DNA from: Flaccisagitta enflata
Taxonomy: Eukaryota
DNA length: 64,000 nucleotides
Reading direction: 5' to 3'
NCBI GenBank assembly: GCA_965153355.1
Contig: OZ231126.1
Location: forward strand, 32,302,001-32,366,000
The notes under the pieces were generated by a model, which saw nothing but the letters and a program-made list of their open reading frames with translations, was not told the origin of the DNA and ran no database searches. The translations under genes were made by a program, and so were the position numbers. Positions within the stretch are counted from its first letter, which is position 1; each line of letters starts with the position of its first letter. Below, one piece after another: positions 1-13,943 of the stretch.

Positions 1-774
1 TCATCAACGACGTGAGCAAAAAGGTCCATTTTCCCCAAGAAGTATTTTGCATGTCGACGTCGATGTCGACGTCAATGTTGATCGTTATCCTAATGTTTTT
101 TTTTCAAGTTGCATGACAAAATGAGAATATGAGAATATATGTCACTGACGACGACAATGACAACAACAATGACGTTGTCGATGTTGACGTCGACGGAGAT
201 GTCGAGAACAACTCTCAGGTTAATTCACATAGCCCCCTGACTGTCCATGTCAGAACTTTGGTTTTTAAATGCGCTATTTTAACTGTTTAAGCAGATAATT
301 TTTTCTACTGGTTGGCTAGTTTGTCTGTTGGTGTCTCCATACATTGAGGCTATTCAGAAATACAGTATTTGATATTTTTAAGATAAACTGAAACTAAAAC
401 TGATTGTATGATAATTTGACCCTATGACCCTATGACCCTATTAACTCGATTAGATCATATGCGCTTTCGTATCCCGAATTTTCTTTTCAAAAGGAAAAGA
501 AACACAAAAAGAATATTAAAAAAACACAACCCAGCCATTGTATTTTCCTTCAAGTAAAGACCTTGACACATACAAAGTTACAAACACATACAAAGTTACA
601 AACACAAACAAGGACAAGAGTTGTCCAATTGATACGTCCTCTTTGGATACCTGACATAAATAAATAAAACTTTGAAAAATCAATCAATTAATTGGACAGA
701 CAGTCAGACAGTCAGACATAGCTATTAACACACATTCCTTAAGGGATGCGAGGTGGTTCTCCATGATTGTCTTA

Positions 775-1039
775 GGGCGTGTTTCTGGTGAAGATGAAAA
801 ACGTGTTTGTTCCTGTGAAAAGCGTTTACAGCATGAACACATATCCCACGAGGGAGTGAGCGAAGTGAGTGAGCGAGCCCGTGAACAGAGAAAGCGTAGC
901 AAAACAGAGCGCTGCAGAGCGAGTGAGCAGAGTGAGCGGAGTGAGCGGAGTGAGCGGTACGAGCGAACGAATGTAGCGAGCGCTCGAGCGTCCGAGGGGC
1001 CCGTTAAAAACGCAATTGTCTGTGACTAGAAACCCGCCC
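775..1039. mobile_element. Short MITE with 3-bp TSD (PIF/Harbinger/Tourist-like), family C
   Basis: Termini GGGCGTGTTTCT...AGAAACCCGCCC, flanked by TTA on both sides; internal GAGCGAGT repeats; further copies at 18023-18268 and ~11787-11950. Confidence 0.7.
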
Positions 1040-1343
1040 TTATTCTGAAAAAAATCGCGCACACGAGCACTCTTAGACGTATATACCATTACTTAAGCCA
1101 TACAAATCGGAATTCTGCGTGTACACATGTATACCATCAAAGTCATACTAATCAGAATTCTGCGTGTACATAATGTATAATGTTTACGAGTTCCCTTTTT
1201 TTGGTGCCATTGTTTGGTTTGTTTGGATTTAGCTTTGTAAATCTTTTTGCCGCATTTCCATTTTTTGGAGTGACAACTAAGTTGGTATTTGGACTCCAAA
1301 GGTTGTATTGGATTTTTGCGACCCTTGACTTGTGGCGTGGAAT

Positions 1344-1390
<47 letters not shown>

Positions 1391-1614
1391 GCGCCCTCTT
1401 TTCCTTATTCTTTGCCAACTGTTGTCATCGAAATGTTTATGCATTGAATGGAAATTATGAAATATTCTGATGTGCGCTGTTAAAAGTCAAACCTTTCGTC
1501 TATGCATGGACAAGCATTGTCTGTCTCTGACACGTACATGACCTAAACACTGCCATTATTTTCTCGTTGGTAATTTCCTTTCATGCATTCAAAGAGATAT
1601 ATGTCATTTAAATA

Positions 1615-3009
1615 CAGTTTAGCTTCACTAGAGCGCACCCGCTAATAAGGCATCCCTCGCTTCATGGCATGTTTTCAAAAGTCCCAACTTTTGTCCCTTA
1701 ATTCCTTTGTAGATAAGCCCCGTACATAGGGCACCCGCCTATTAGGCAAATTTCACTATAGCGCATGAAAAATGGGATTTTTGATAGATATTTTGCTCGC
1801 TTTGAAGGCATCAGACAAGCAAATTGAGGCGATGGCTAAAAAAAGGTTGGAAAAGAGGGCAAAATACCAATGAGGGAGAGGATTAAGAAGAAGAGTGAAA
1901 ACTCGATTTGCCAACGTCTCCATGTTGGTGTGCGAATGACATTTTCACCAAAAATAGTTGCTACCTTGCTAGGTTTAAGATCGATGAAAGAGACTTACTG
2001 TTACAAACATTCTTTTCACCCTGTCATATTCAACAAAGTATTTCTTGAAAAGACATAAGTTGGTAAACAAGATCTGTCCGCATTCTTCATGCGCTGAAGT
2101 CTCTTTACTAGTCTTTTTTTCTAGTCTTTTGGTATGTCAGGTGGCGAGCTGGTTAATGATAACGGTAAGGCTGTTTACAATCATTGCCTATTGCAAAAAG
2201 TAAAGGATGATCTAAATTAATTTTGTTGCCACTTCCAAGCATCCTGTTGGATTGTGTATCTAACCAACATATAGAATAACAGGATGTGCAAAAAATTTGG
2301 CAAAAACATAAAAGCACAAAAACCACACTTCTTGATAGCCCAGTAATACAAAATTTAGGGTGTAGCCTCCTAATTAGTTCTACTAGATGTTAGAATGTGC
2401 AGTTTTTCATAAGAATAATCTTGGTTGGCAAAGGAATGAATTTTGCTCTGGTCAAATTTTCCCATTTCACAGAATTTTTACCTGTAAAACAAAGCTGAGG
2501 AAATCAATCACTAAGCTTGATATTACATCCAAATCAGTATCCGAAAGTGGTCAATTCATCAAAGGGTAATCATCATAGAAGCAGTACAGTCATTCTGACT
2601 CAAAATTGGCTTCAAAACAATTGTAAAAAATCAAATAAAACAATATGAAAGTCACTATCAATTTTGTTTTGTTAATCCGAATTTATTTTCCCATAAGCAC
2701 CATAAATGGACCTTTCCTCCCCTCCATTGATTTCAATTCATGAATTCTTGCTGCCTGTGGGCAAATAATTATATGAAACTAAGCAACCCTCATATCAAAG
2801 CTATATTTTGATTTAAAAAATCATTTGAAAGCAGTTTAAAACTGTTCTTAGCAAAATTTTGCCAATTTTTTTGCACATCCTGTTAAGTATATTTGAACCT
2901 TATGTACTCAGTATCCTGCAAAAATGTACATGCTCGGCTATAAGGCACCTCGCCTAGAAGGCATGAAATCATCCGGTCCCTTGAGATGCCTTCTAGTGAA
3001 GCTTAACTG
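1615..3009. mobile_element. Non-autonomous Tc1/mariner-like element (TA TSD)
   Basis: TIRs CAGTTTAGCTTCACTAGA / TCTAGTGAAGCTTAACTG flanked by TA. Confidence 0.7.
2277..2885. mobile_element. TIR element nested in 1615-3009
   Basis: Inverted termini TAACAGGATGTGCAAAAAA..TTGGCAAAA / TTTTGCCAA..TTTTTTGCACATCCTGTTA. Confidence 0.65.
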
Positions 3010-3444
3010 TAGTTTTGTTACTTCATGATGAAGTTTATCGTCATTTGAAATATCATTTGGAAGTGTCACCATTTTGATAAACCTCAAATCTCGATCAAGA
3101 CATTTTCCGTTTCCACAACAACAGCTTCGTAGTCAATACAACTAAATCAACAACAACCATCAACACTTTCGCCGCCCTTCTACCACTACTACCACCGTCG
3201 TCGTCATCACAACGTCTATCACTACCGCGTTCACCTCAGTCGCATGTCGGTACTACTCATCACCGCCAACATGACCACCACCACCACTACATTTCGTTGC
3301 CAAAGCTCCGTTGAACAAAAGCTTTTTTTCTTTCTCAGTTTAAGAATCTATGAATCATTTGGATGTAATCCAAGGAGTGGAACCAAACCCGAAAAACAAC
3401 GAAATCAACAAAAAATACGGAAGACAGGAAAGAAAAGAGAGAGA

Positions 3445-3972
3445 AACTAGTCATCCTAGGATCGCAAATGGTCAGCGGTACCCGATGCCCCGCTGAGAGT
3501 GATCCAGTGAAGAAGTGGAGTGAGAGCAAAGGGCCAATGTTCAGTAGAATGAATTTCCAGATGTCCTGAGGGGGCATATTTCAGGCCTTAGATGACTGAT
3601 TTAGGTCCTCTGAAGGCATATTTAAGAGCTGGAGGGTAGAACTAAGGCTTGGAGAGCAGATTTGAGGTTTGGAGAGCAAATCTGAGGCATGGAGGGCTGA
3701 TTTGATGCAAGAAGGAAGATTGACAGTCTGCAGCTGGAGGGCAGATTTGAGATCTGGAGTGCAGATTTGAGGTGTGGAGGGCAGATCTGAGGCCAGGGGG
3801 ATGATTTGAAGCCTTAAGGGCTAAATTGAGGCCTGGTAGGGCTAATTCAAAGCCTTGATGGTCGATGGGGGGGGGTGGACGTACGGAAGGACAAAAAGAT
3901 GGACGGATGGATGTCTGGAAATTTCCCCCTGGGTTCTACAGGACATTGGCCCTTTGGGGCCGCTGCCCAAAA
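3445..3972 (-). mobile_element. Interspersed repeat family B (HINE/Helentron-like non-autonomous element)
   Basis: Subterminal inverted repeat (GGGCAGCGGCCCCAAAGGGCC...CCTGTAG family consensus), GGAC/GTCC microsatellite, internal ~21-bp tandem repeats; shared with 6183, 16497, 37681. Confidence 0.65.
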
Positions 3973-4167
3973 AGGGGGAAAAAGGAAGAAAAGAAAAAGA
4001 AACGTTCGCGTGTATTTATCTACTTATGTTTTTGTTAAGATCGAGCCTCAAATAAGTTAAGATGACCCCGATGTTGTTTTTTGACTCATGTTTTTTAAAA
4101 TCTTAATTATCTAAATCAAACTGCACAGCGATGACCTCTTGACGAATCTGTTCTTAATTGAATTGAA

Positions 4168-4364
4168 TTTTTATTCGCGTGCTACGCGTCTCTACACCCC
4201 GCTATGTTGGTCTGTCGGTCGGTTGGTCGGTTGGTCCCCTTTTAACTTTTTCGGCGTTTTTGAGCTTTTTGAGCATAGGGCTCCTGCCCAGATGCCCTAG
4301 TGACCTCCAGCACTGCTCCTGCCCACCCACACGCGACTAGGGTAGCCGTGTATCCGGCCTAGTT
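4168..4364 (+). mobile_element. Interspersed repeat family A (DINE-1/HINE-like)
   Basis: T-tract + TCGCGTGCTACGCG 5' hairpin, GTCG/GTTG microsatellite, 3' CACGCGACT..GTGTATCCGGCC; more than 10 copies in the window. Confidence 0.65.
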
Positions 4365-4580
4365 AGGTTCAGGCTTCCATTCGTTCGGTGAGTTCGTCGG
4401 TTTGTCCTTCTGTGACCAAGTTTGTTTCTTCGATGCTTGCACACAAATTGATAAGCCACTTGTCGGTCGGTCTGTTGTTCGCACTGTCGGTTAGTCAGAA
4501 AGTTCTTTTTAGGTGCCTTTTGTTTTTCCCTGCTTAGTTGATGCTTTGGCAGTGTGGCAGTGCGGCAGTGTGGCCGTTAG

Positions 4581-5981
4581 GGCCAACGGTTTTTGCATCA
4601 AATCAATTAAACACCCCAGCCTGCAGCTTTTTTAAACAGACTATGTCTATACTGTTGAAAACTACTCGCTATATGACTTTTCTCCGTTATTTAGAGGTGC
4701 CAGATTTGATATTTTGATCATAACTTGATGGTGGTTGTGGTAAAAATGTAAAATTTAGGTCATTTTGGCCGCCAAATTGGGCCACTTAGCCTTAGAAATC
4801 TAACCTAAAATCCATGAGATTATAAAACTAGAGCTCAAGATCTCACTAGTGGTGCAATCCGCATGTTTCTATCATTTTTCGTTTAGATTTGAGAGCATTT
4901 GAAAGATGGGAAAATGTGCTTCAATTTCAGTAGCATTTTGACATTAAATTTCAATATTTTGTGGCTTGGGATGGACCAATCTTCATAAAATTGATCAAAT
5001 TGAAGAGTTTTTGTTCTAGCTGATGGTAAAAGAATTTTTGATCGATATTGCCCCAAAATTTTAGAGACTGTGCCGATTTTGTAAATTGGTCAATTTTTGA
5101 TGAAAATAGTTACTTCCAATTCATAAAAAGACTTAAATCCATGAGCAAAATAAAGTACTGCTTAAAAAGCTAACCAATGGTGCAATTGGTGTCAATATGT
5201 TTTTGCATTTAGATTTTACAGAACTTCAAAGATCTAAGGGTATGTCAAAGTAACAATTTTTGGGTATTTCAATCTTTGAAGTTCTATAAAATCTAAATGC
5301 AAAAACATATTGACACGCCAATTGCACCACTGGTTAGCTCCTGAGCAGTACTTTATTTTGCTCATGGATTTTAAGTCTTTTTATGAATTGGAAGTGGCCT
5401 AATTTTTCATCCAAAATTGACCAATTTGCAAAAAAATCGACTTTTTTGCACCTGCTTCTACAGTCTCTAAAATTTTTGGGGGGCAATATCGATCAAAAAT
5501 TTTTTTACCATCAGCTAGAACAGGAAAAACTCTTCAATTTGATCACCAATTTTATGCAGATTGGTCCATCCAAAGCCGCAAAATATTGAAATTTGTGAAA
5601 AATGTCAAAATTGCTACTGAAATTGAAGCCGCAATTTTCCCATCAAACCCTTTCATCTTTGAAATGCTCTCAAATCTAAACGAAAAATGATAGAAACATG
5701 CGGATTGCACCACTAGTGAGATCTTGAGCACTAGTTTTATAATCTCATGGATTTTAGGTTAGATTTCTAAGGCTAAGTGGCCCAATTTGGCGGCCAAAAT
5801 GACCTAAATTTTACATTTTTACCTCAACCACCATCAAGTTATGATCAAAATATCAAATCTGGCACCTCTAAATCACGGAGAAAAGTCATATAGTGAGTAG
5901 TTTTTTACAGTATAGACATAGTCTGTTTAAAAAAGCTGCAGGCTGGGGTGTTCAATTGATTTGATGCAAAAACCACTGGCC
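4581..5981. mobile_element. 1.4-kb foldback (palindromic) non-autonomous DNA transposon
   Basis: Left arm GGCCAACGGTTTTTGCATCAAATCAATT... is the reverse complement of the right arm for ~650 bp; centre ~5250; TSD not clear. Confidence 0.8.
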
Positions 5982-6182
5982 GTTTTGTTGTGTGGATGTG
6001 TGACCGTTTGGATTCATGGCCTTGTTGACCTGTCATCGTGCTACCCTGTTGTTGTCTGACTGTGTTCATTTGGCTGCGTATCATTTGACTGCTTGGCAGG
6101 CTAACTACGTCTCTTTTTGCGTCATAGCTTTGTGGCTGCGTATCATTTGACCATATGGCAGGCTAAACACATCCCTTTGGGC

Positions 6183-6775
6183 TTTTTGGGCAGCGGCTCC
6201 AAAGGGCCAATGTCCAGTAGGACACAGGGGGAATTTCCATACGTCCGTCCTTCCGTCCGTCCTTCCGTCCTTCCGTCCGTCCCCCCCACGGGTGGCCATT
6301 GAGACCTCATATCCTCACTCTCAGGCCTGATTTAGGCCCTCTAAGCCCTCAAATTAGTTCTCCAGGCCTCAAATCAGCTCTTCGGGCCTCAAATCAGCTC
6401 TCCAGCCCTCAAATCAGCTCTCAAGGCCTCAAATCAGCTCTCAAGGCCTCAAATCCGCTCTCCAGACCTCAAATCAGCCTTCCAGGCCTCAAATCAGCCC
6501 TCCAGGCCTCAAATCTGCCCCCAAGGCCTAAAGCCTGCCCCAATACCTCAAATCTAATCTTCAGGCATAAATCTTCCCCCCAGACCTCAAACCCTGCCTC
6601 AATTACCTCTTAGGCCTGCTATATTCCCCCTCAGGACGTCTGGAAATTCCCCCTGTGTCCTACAGGACATCGGCCCTTTGGGGCCGCTGCCCTGCTCTCA
6701 CTCCACTACTTCACTTGGTCACCCCAAGCAGGGCATTGGGTACCGCTGACCATGTGGATCCTTGGATGACTAGTT
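6183..6775 (+). mobile_element. Family B HINE-like element
   Basis: Same termini and 21-bp CCTCAAATCAGC repeats as 3445-3972, opposite orientation. Confidence 0.65.
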
Positions 6776-8607
6776 AGTTATGTGACTGCGTGTCATTTGA
6801 CTGTGTGGCAGGCTAACCACGCCGCTATTGGCTTAATAGTTATGTGACTGCTTGTCGTTTGACTGTGTCAGGTTAGTAATACTGCTATTGGCTCCGCAGT
6901 TGTGGCTGCGAGATAGTTTAGCTGTGGGGTCTAGAGCTCACATGGCCCACGCAAGATCTTGGAATATGATAAATGAAAGAAGTTTCAAACACGCTCCGCC
7001 AACGATGACAACTTGAAAAAAAAAAGCAAAATGAGAACAAGAAGGACACAATTAGGACAATCCGCTCCAACGTTGACAGCCCACTCTAGAAAAGAGACGA
7101 GAATATAATCAGGATTTTGATTTTTTGACAAAAGGAAACACCAGGATTGATAGTGTTACGAGGTGTTAGTCAACCATGACAAAGGTGTTAGTCTTCTACT
7201 GAAGATCATTTCGAATGGAATGACTAATCGACAATGACAAAATCATTTGACGAAAAAGATGAATGAAAACCAAAATATTATGTGGTATATCAGGTCTGGT
7301 ACACGGCTACCGAAGTCGCGTGCGGGTGGGCAGGGGCATGCAGTAATGTAAAAGGCTTATTTATGCATTTGAGCAGGAGCAGTATTGCGAAAGACGCCCA
7401 AAAACGCCAAAAACGCCGTAAAAGCAAACGGTGACCGACCAACCAACCAACATGGCACGCGACTGAAAACGGCAAAAACCATTGGATTGTTACTATAAGA
7501 TTGACCATGTCGGTTGTTCCGTCCATCATTTGGGTAGTGACAACGTTTTAAGTCGCACTCCAGCGACTCCAGACATCACAACGCCGTTCAGCGTGTTTTG
7601 GCGTAGGAGTACGAGTATTGTTCAATCAAAACATTCATTGGCAACATCAATTGTTTTTGAGCAATGGCCTTAATGGTCTGATTTATCAACGCCCAAACGC
7701 ATACATACAAGCTTGTCAGCCGTTCACCCAACCTTGCTCCTTTTCCCATCTTTTTGATCGACCGTTTTTTCTTTTTCTTTACCATCTTGGCCATAAATAT
7801 AAGAACAGCTTTAAAGTGTCATCACTCGCCTAATTTTAATCACAGAGAGATGATTTTTTTATCTTCAAAATTTGCATCTTCAAAAAATCTATCAAATGAG
7901 ACCAGGCTGGTTCCTCTATCTTTTTTCATTTAAAAATAACAGCCAAATGAATAAAACATTTGCTTTTTGCAAATGTGGTTTGGGAAATCTTTCTTAGTTT
8001 ATAGAGAATGGTGCACTGGCACACTGCGCCAAATATACTGTAAGATTAACAAGTTAAGCTCGTCTAGGGTTAGCCCACATCAATTTGGATCTCAATCCAA
8101 TTGAGAACTCAAAGATTCAAACGAAAAACCTGCCGAAACAGAGGAAAACAACATACAAAGCACGGCTGAAATGAATCGCATAGATGGTTTGAAACAGCAA
8201 TTCTTCAGAGTACCTCCAGTCTTTCTACGAGTCAATGCCAAAGTGAATGCAGGTGGTGGTGGGTGCCCAACATGGTCATACTAAATATTAGATGCAGTCT
8301 GATATGTTTGCTGATCACTTCTAGTCAATTATTCAACTTATACACCTACTCTTCTTACATTTATGGCCAAGATGGTAAATATGCATCTGCCCAAAAAGAA
8401 GAAAAAGATTTGTAAGTCTGGGATAAGAATTGATGCCGACAATTTGGACAAAATGTCGAGAAAAAAAATGACTCTTTTGGCCAGATGTTCTGTTTTTGAT
8501 GTCCCGTCCCCGTTTTTCTGTGTTTGCCTGCCATTTTCCATCTGTCCATCCATCTGTATCCCTGTCTGTAAATTCTATCTCGAGATGTCTCTAGCTCATC
8601 CCTTTTT

Positions 8608-8810
<203 letters not shown>

Positions 8811-9264
8811 ACTTACTCATACATGCAGAGACAGAGTGTTGCGACAAATATGAGGGTCAAGTGATGACCTTTCCAGTTGTTTTTTTTTCCATTTTAGTGG
8901 CCGTCCAAGTGAGACAATGCACTTGCCATCATGAGCTGAATCTATCAAAACTTTCGCAGCTCGCTATAAACCAGTGCTTATCATAGAAAACGATTTGACA
9001 ATGATTGTTGTACAAGGAATATAAAAGAAAATTTACTAGCCAAAATGTTTCATTGTCATGAAAAACATTGATCTTGAAAAATAAAAAATGATTACAAAAA
9101 AAAAAACAAGAAAAAAAAACCCAAACAAATAAATGAAATAAAAATTTGTCATATCGATATCATCCCTCAGCGCCGTAACCTCGGCGCTCGTGAACTCTCC
9201 GGTGTTTCTCTACAATTCAAATTTTTTCGTTTATGCAAAAAGCCACTACACATCGATCGTGGCT

Positions 9265-9595
9265 AGACAACACACTAAGGGCTGCGGCATCACAACAAGG
9301 GGTATGGCAAGACAACAAGGGCTGCAGCATCACAACAAGGGGTATGGCACGACAACTACAGCTGTGGCATAACAACAAGGGCTGTTGTATCACAACAAGG
9401 GGTGTGGCAAGACAACAAGGGCTGCAGTATCACAACAAGGGGTATGGCAAGGTAACAAGGGCTGCAGCGTCACAACAAGGGGTATGGCACGACAACAAGG
9501 GCTGCAGTATCACAAAAAGTGGTATGGAAAGGTAACAAGGGCTGCAGCATCACAACAAGGAGTATAGCATGACAACTAGCATCACAACAAGGGCA
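9265..9595. repeat. Minisatellite, 40-bp unit made of two 20-bp halves
   Basis: ACAACAAGGGCTGCAGCATC + ACAACAAGGGGTATGGCAAG repeated ~8 times. Confidence 0.9.
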
Positions 9596-10708
9596 GCGAA
9601 AACTCACTAAGGACAACGGCATGACAATAAGGACCGTGGATTAAAAAAAACAGCGACAGAAACAAAACAATGTCTGTATTGTGTGGCTACAGCCAGCATT
9701 GTAGTGTGGCTGTAGCCACTCTAAAGTTCAACTCGATCTTCAAATTAGTTTTTTGTTTTTTTGTGTTTTTTTTTTGTATTTCTTCCCATTTTCTTATTTT
9801 TTTTCTCTATACGGAAATCTTTTTATCTTTTCGGTAAATCTTCTCAAAGAATCTTCCTCTTTTTACGTGTATTTCCTCGGCATGGCAGATAACGCATAAT
9901 GTTTTATATTTTCTCGCGTTTTTATTCCTTCCATTCAAAGAGAGTGTGTGTGAATATATATTTATATTTCTAAAGATAAACATTCATGATTTATGTAGAA
10001 ATAAAACTTTTTTCTTTACATGTTTTTTAGTCACATGCACGCGACTCTATGACCCACTCTGTTTGTCCGTCGGTTGGTCCGTTGGTCGGTCCGTCACGCT
10101 TAATTTCTTTTCACCGTTTTACGTCATTTTAAGCAAAGACAATTTACATTTAGTCTTTTAGTCTTTTAGTCTTTTAGTCTTATATTCTTAACAACAACCG
10201 CACGCGACTGTAAGGTGTTGGCCTTGTTTTCTTGCTTGAAAGCGTGAGGAAGGAGAACGAGAATGTCGCTTCACTTTGTGTTAACAAGTAGCAATTGAAT
10301 CAATGAATAAAGAAAAATCAAACAACTTTAAAAGTAGCAATTGAATCAATGAATAAAAGATAAACAACTTGACAAATAGCAATTGAATGAATGAATGAAT
10401 GAATGAATGAATGAATGAAGGAATGAATTTAATTCAGAGACACGCATAAGTTACAACGTAATTGTAAAGAGCCATGGTTTATGGATAGCCCATGAAAGTC
10501 TAATAAAGCGCTAAGTCAAACAATTTCACAAGTTCCGGCCGATCATCATGATCAAATGATCAAATTTAAAACCTCACACTTATATTTTCTTAGTTCTTTA
10601 AATCCTCAAATGTCCGTTAAACTCTCTTTACGTCGCTCTGTCTGTCTGTGTGTCTGTCTGTGTGTGTGTCTGTGTGTCTGTCTGTGTGTGTGTCTGTGTG
10701 TCTGTCTG

Positions 10709-10767
<59 letters not shown>

Positions 10768-12077
10768 TGGTCCATAGCAAATTCATTGGAACAATCCATC
10801 CACACTTAATTCACATTTACCATTTTGAAAATGATAGTCTACTACACATTTTCTCTTCTTTCTTTTCCCTTCTTACTCGCTCAAATGTAAGCACACGTTA
10901 GCTTTGCCGGTCCTTTTTTCTTCATATGTTTCTTCACGTCCTTTCTTCCAACTTTCACACGTTCTACTCAAATTCGGGTGTTTTTATCGAAAGGCCAATG
11001 GAGGTCGAGGGGTGGTGGGGGTGATGATGGTGGTTGTGGTGATGGCGGAGGAGGAGGAGGAGGAGGAGGCCAACGGAGGTCGAAGGAATCGCGAACACGT
11101 TTTCTTCCCTCTCAGACTCATGCCCCTTGTCATACTTTCTTTCCCTTGATTTTCTTATCTCTACAACTTTTTTTAGTCGCGTGCACGCAACTCTTTGACC
11201 CGCTCTGTCCGTCTGTCGGTCCGTTGGTCCGTTGGTCCGTCGGTCCGTCGGTCCGTCGGTCACGCTTAGTTTTTTTTTGTAGTTTTACGTCATTTTGAGT
11301 CATTTTAAGTAGTGTTTTAGTCTTCTAGTCTTTTAGTCTTTTGGTCTTATGGTCTTAACAACCGCACGCGACTGTAAGGTGTTGGCCTTATTTCCATCAT
11401 TACTCCTTTTGGGCAACGGACTCAAAGTGCCCAATAAATCATATGCTTTCACTTTTAGAATGATAAATGTTTCTTTTCTTTCATCCTTTGTTATTTAAAG
11501 ATGATCAGACTCGATCCACAAAAAAGAGAGCAGAGTTTGTATATCCATTTGTCAGTATGTCAGTGTACTGATGACCATCTAACGATTTTGCGACGATTTT
11601 TTGTCTTCTTTCCATTCTTCGTGCGTTTTATGTCCTTTTTTGTCACAGAAACTGCTTCTGACAGAAACCTTTTCCTTTTTTCCTCCTTTTCTCAATTTAA
11701 ATCTTCGCCTTCTGTTTAAGACAAGTCTTACGCTTCCTTATGTCGGCAAATGATAAGACATCACTGTCAGGGTCACTGTCATGTCAGGGCGCGTTTCTAG
11801 TCACAGACACTCGGTCGCTCGCTACATTCGTTCCCTCGCATCTCTCACTCCGCTCACTCACCTTCCAGCGCTCCACTTCGCTACATTGATTTTGCTACAC
11901 TTGCTTCATTTTGTTTGCTTCACTCGCTTGCTCTATTTTCGGGCTTGCTCAGTATGTATCATATCATATCTTTGCAAACGGCTAACAAGATCTTCAAACA
12001 TGAACTAAATTTGTCTAACAATTCTCCTCCTGCAGACAAAATCAACTTTCTTTCTAGGCGCACAAACAAAATCAACC

Positions 12078-12427
12078 ATGTGCCTGGACAATTGCACGTC
12101 GAAATCTTGTTTCGAAACGTGCCAATGCTTCAGCTGCAAATGTTCCCTCAGCCCGTGCTGCACCAGCTGCTGCAACTGGTGCAAATGCTGGACTTGCTGT
12201 AAGGACTGTTGCCCTTGCTGTTGTTGGCCCCCTCGGCCATGTATGGCGTGGTTCTTGGGGCTGTTCGGCTTCTTCTTCATGCTGTTTGTGATCTCGTCTC
12301 ACGAGTGGGTCGTCTTCGGGGCTTCCGGAGTTGACGGGCCGCTGCGGCATGTGGAATCGGGATTGGATGTGGAACAGTCTTCGTGGGGATTGTTCTCCGG
12401 AAGCGTCTTGGCTGGAGACGAATGGCG
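12078..12427 (+). CDS. Coding exon 1 of a TMEM47/PERP-like (PMP22/claudin clan) tetraspan membrane protein; Cys-rich N-terminus + TM1
   Basis: ATG 12078; acceptor TCCTGCAG just upstream (~12035); TM1 AWFLGLFGFFFMLFVISSHEWV; claudin-like SWGLF motif; donor CG|GTAAGA at 12428 (phase 2). Confidence 0.8.
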
Positions 12428-13193
12428 GTAAGACAACTGATGTCTTTTTAGTCGCGTGCTACGCGGCTCTATAAGCCACTTTTCTGTCCGTCACAAATCA
12501 CTTTAAAGGCATTTTTTCACGTTTTTTTACACTTTAGAGCATTGAAGAATACACTAAGATGTGGAGACCACTAATTTAAGGGTCATTTTGAAAATTCCAA
12601 TCTGTCTGCCTGTCTGTCTGTCCGACCTTTTGTGAAATGCCGACGTACGCGACTTAGGTCTAATGACCTTGTTTTTTTTGTTTTTTTGCTTGGATTCGTG
12701 AGAAATCGTGGAAATTATTGCAATGAGGGTCCACTGACACTTTTGTGGAATAGAGATAAGACGAGGAAAAATTTTAATTTAATAGATAATCTTGGAGGGG
12801 AGTGTTTTGGCTGTTGAACCATGGCAGTGTGATCAATCGTTTGCCTCAGGACTTTGTGAGGGACCATCGCAGCGGTGACTGATTTGCACCACATGCAAAA
12901 AGCTTATTTACTGAACAAGGTTTTTAGTTGCGGACACGCAACTCTATAAGAGGCTTTGTCCGTCCATCGGTCCGTCGGTCCGTCGGTTGGTCCGTCATGG
13001 TGATCGAGTTGGAAAGTGTGGACACGCGCATTTCTGCTCCTGCCCACCCGTCCGCAACTGGTATTGGCCGTGTATCCGACCTTGTTCTCATACTGATTGT
13101 AAAGATTTAAAGTTTACCTCATCTTTTAAGTAGCAAAAGAAGGTTCACCCTGTACAACTTAACATTCACTTTTCCTTCATCTGCCCTTTGATA

Positions 13194-13795
13194 CAGTGGG
13201 GTTCGTGGAATAACAGCCTAAACTGGAGGAAGGTATTAAAGTGTTTCAATTTCATTTGACAAACTTGATATTTGAAATGTAAGTTGTTCAATTGATGCTT
13301 GTGTCCCTGAGTTTTTTGGTTGCTATGGAAACCAAAATGATTATTTCGAACAGTCATAACTGCTATAATATCAATATTTTCACAAATGTGATAAGGGAAC
13401 ATTGTTTAAAATCAAATTTACAACAACTTTTGCACAGTATATTCTGTAAGAATATCGCTCGTTTAGCTGTTGCTAGGAAGCATCATTTAGTGGTTGCTAT
13501 GTGTGATGCTCCCTAGTAACAGCCAAACGAGCAATATTCTTACAGAACATACTGTGGGAAAGTTGTAGCAAATTTAATTCTGAGCAATGTTCCCTGATAA
13601 TATCTGTCAAAATTTTGACATTCAAGCAGTTATGAATGTTTGAAAAAATGATTTTGGTTTCCATAGCAACCAAGAAACTCAGGGACACAAGCACCAATTG
13701 AATGACTTATATTTCAAACATCAAGTTTGTCAAATGAAATTAAGACATTTAAATACCTTCCTCCAGTTTAGGCTGTCATTCCATGAACCCCACTG
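13194..13795. mobile_element. Palindromic MITE (TA TSD) in the intron of the tetraspan gene
   Basis: CAGTGGGGTTCGTGGAATAACAGCCTAAACTGG ... CCAGTTTAGGCTGTCATTCCATGAACCCCACTG, arms ~290 bp, TA flanks. Confidence 0.85.
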
Positions 13796-13943
13796 TACGC
13801 CTGGCCTTCTCTGATAATTCTGATAATTCGTCCTCGTACCAATTCCTCCTCTTGTTCTTCCTCCTTCTCTTCCTGGTCTTCTGTCTTCCCCCCCTTCTCC
13901 TCCTCCTTCCACCGCATCTTCCCCCCCCCCATTCCTCCCACAG

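Noticed and set aside
3445-6775. Apparent 3.3-kb giant palindrome
   Set aside because: Two diverged, independent family B copies in opposite orientation happen to flank the foldback; the intervening flanks do not pair
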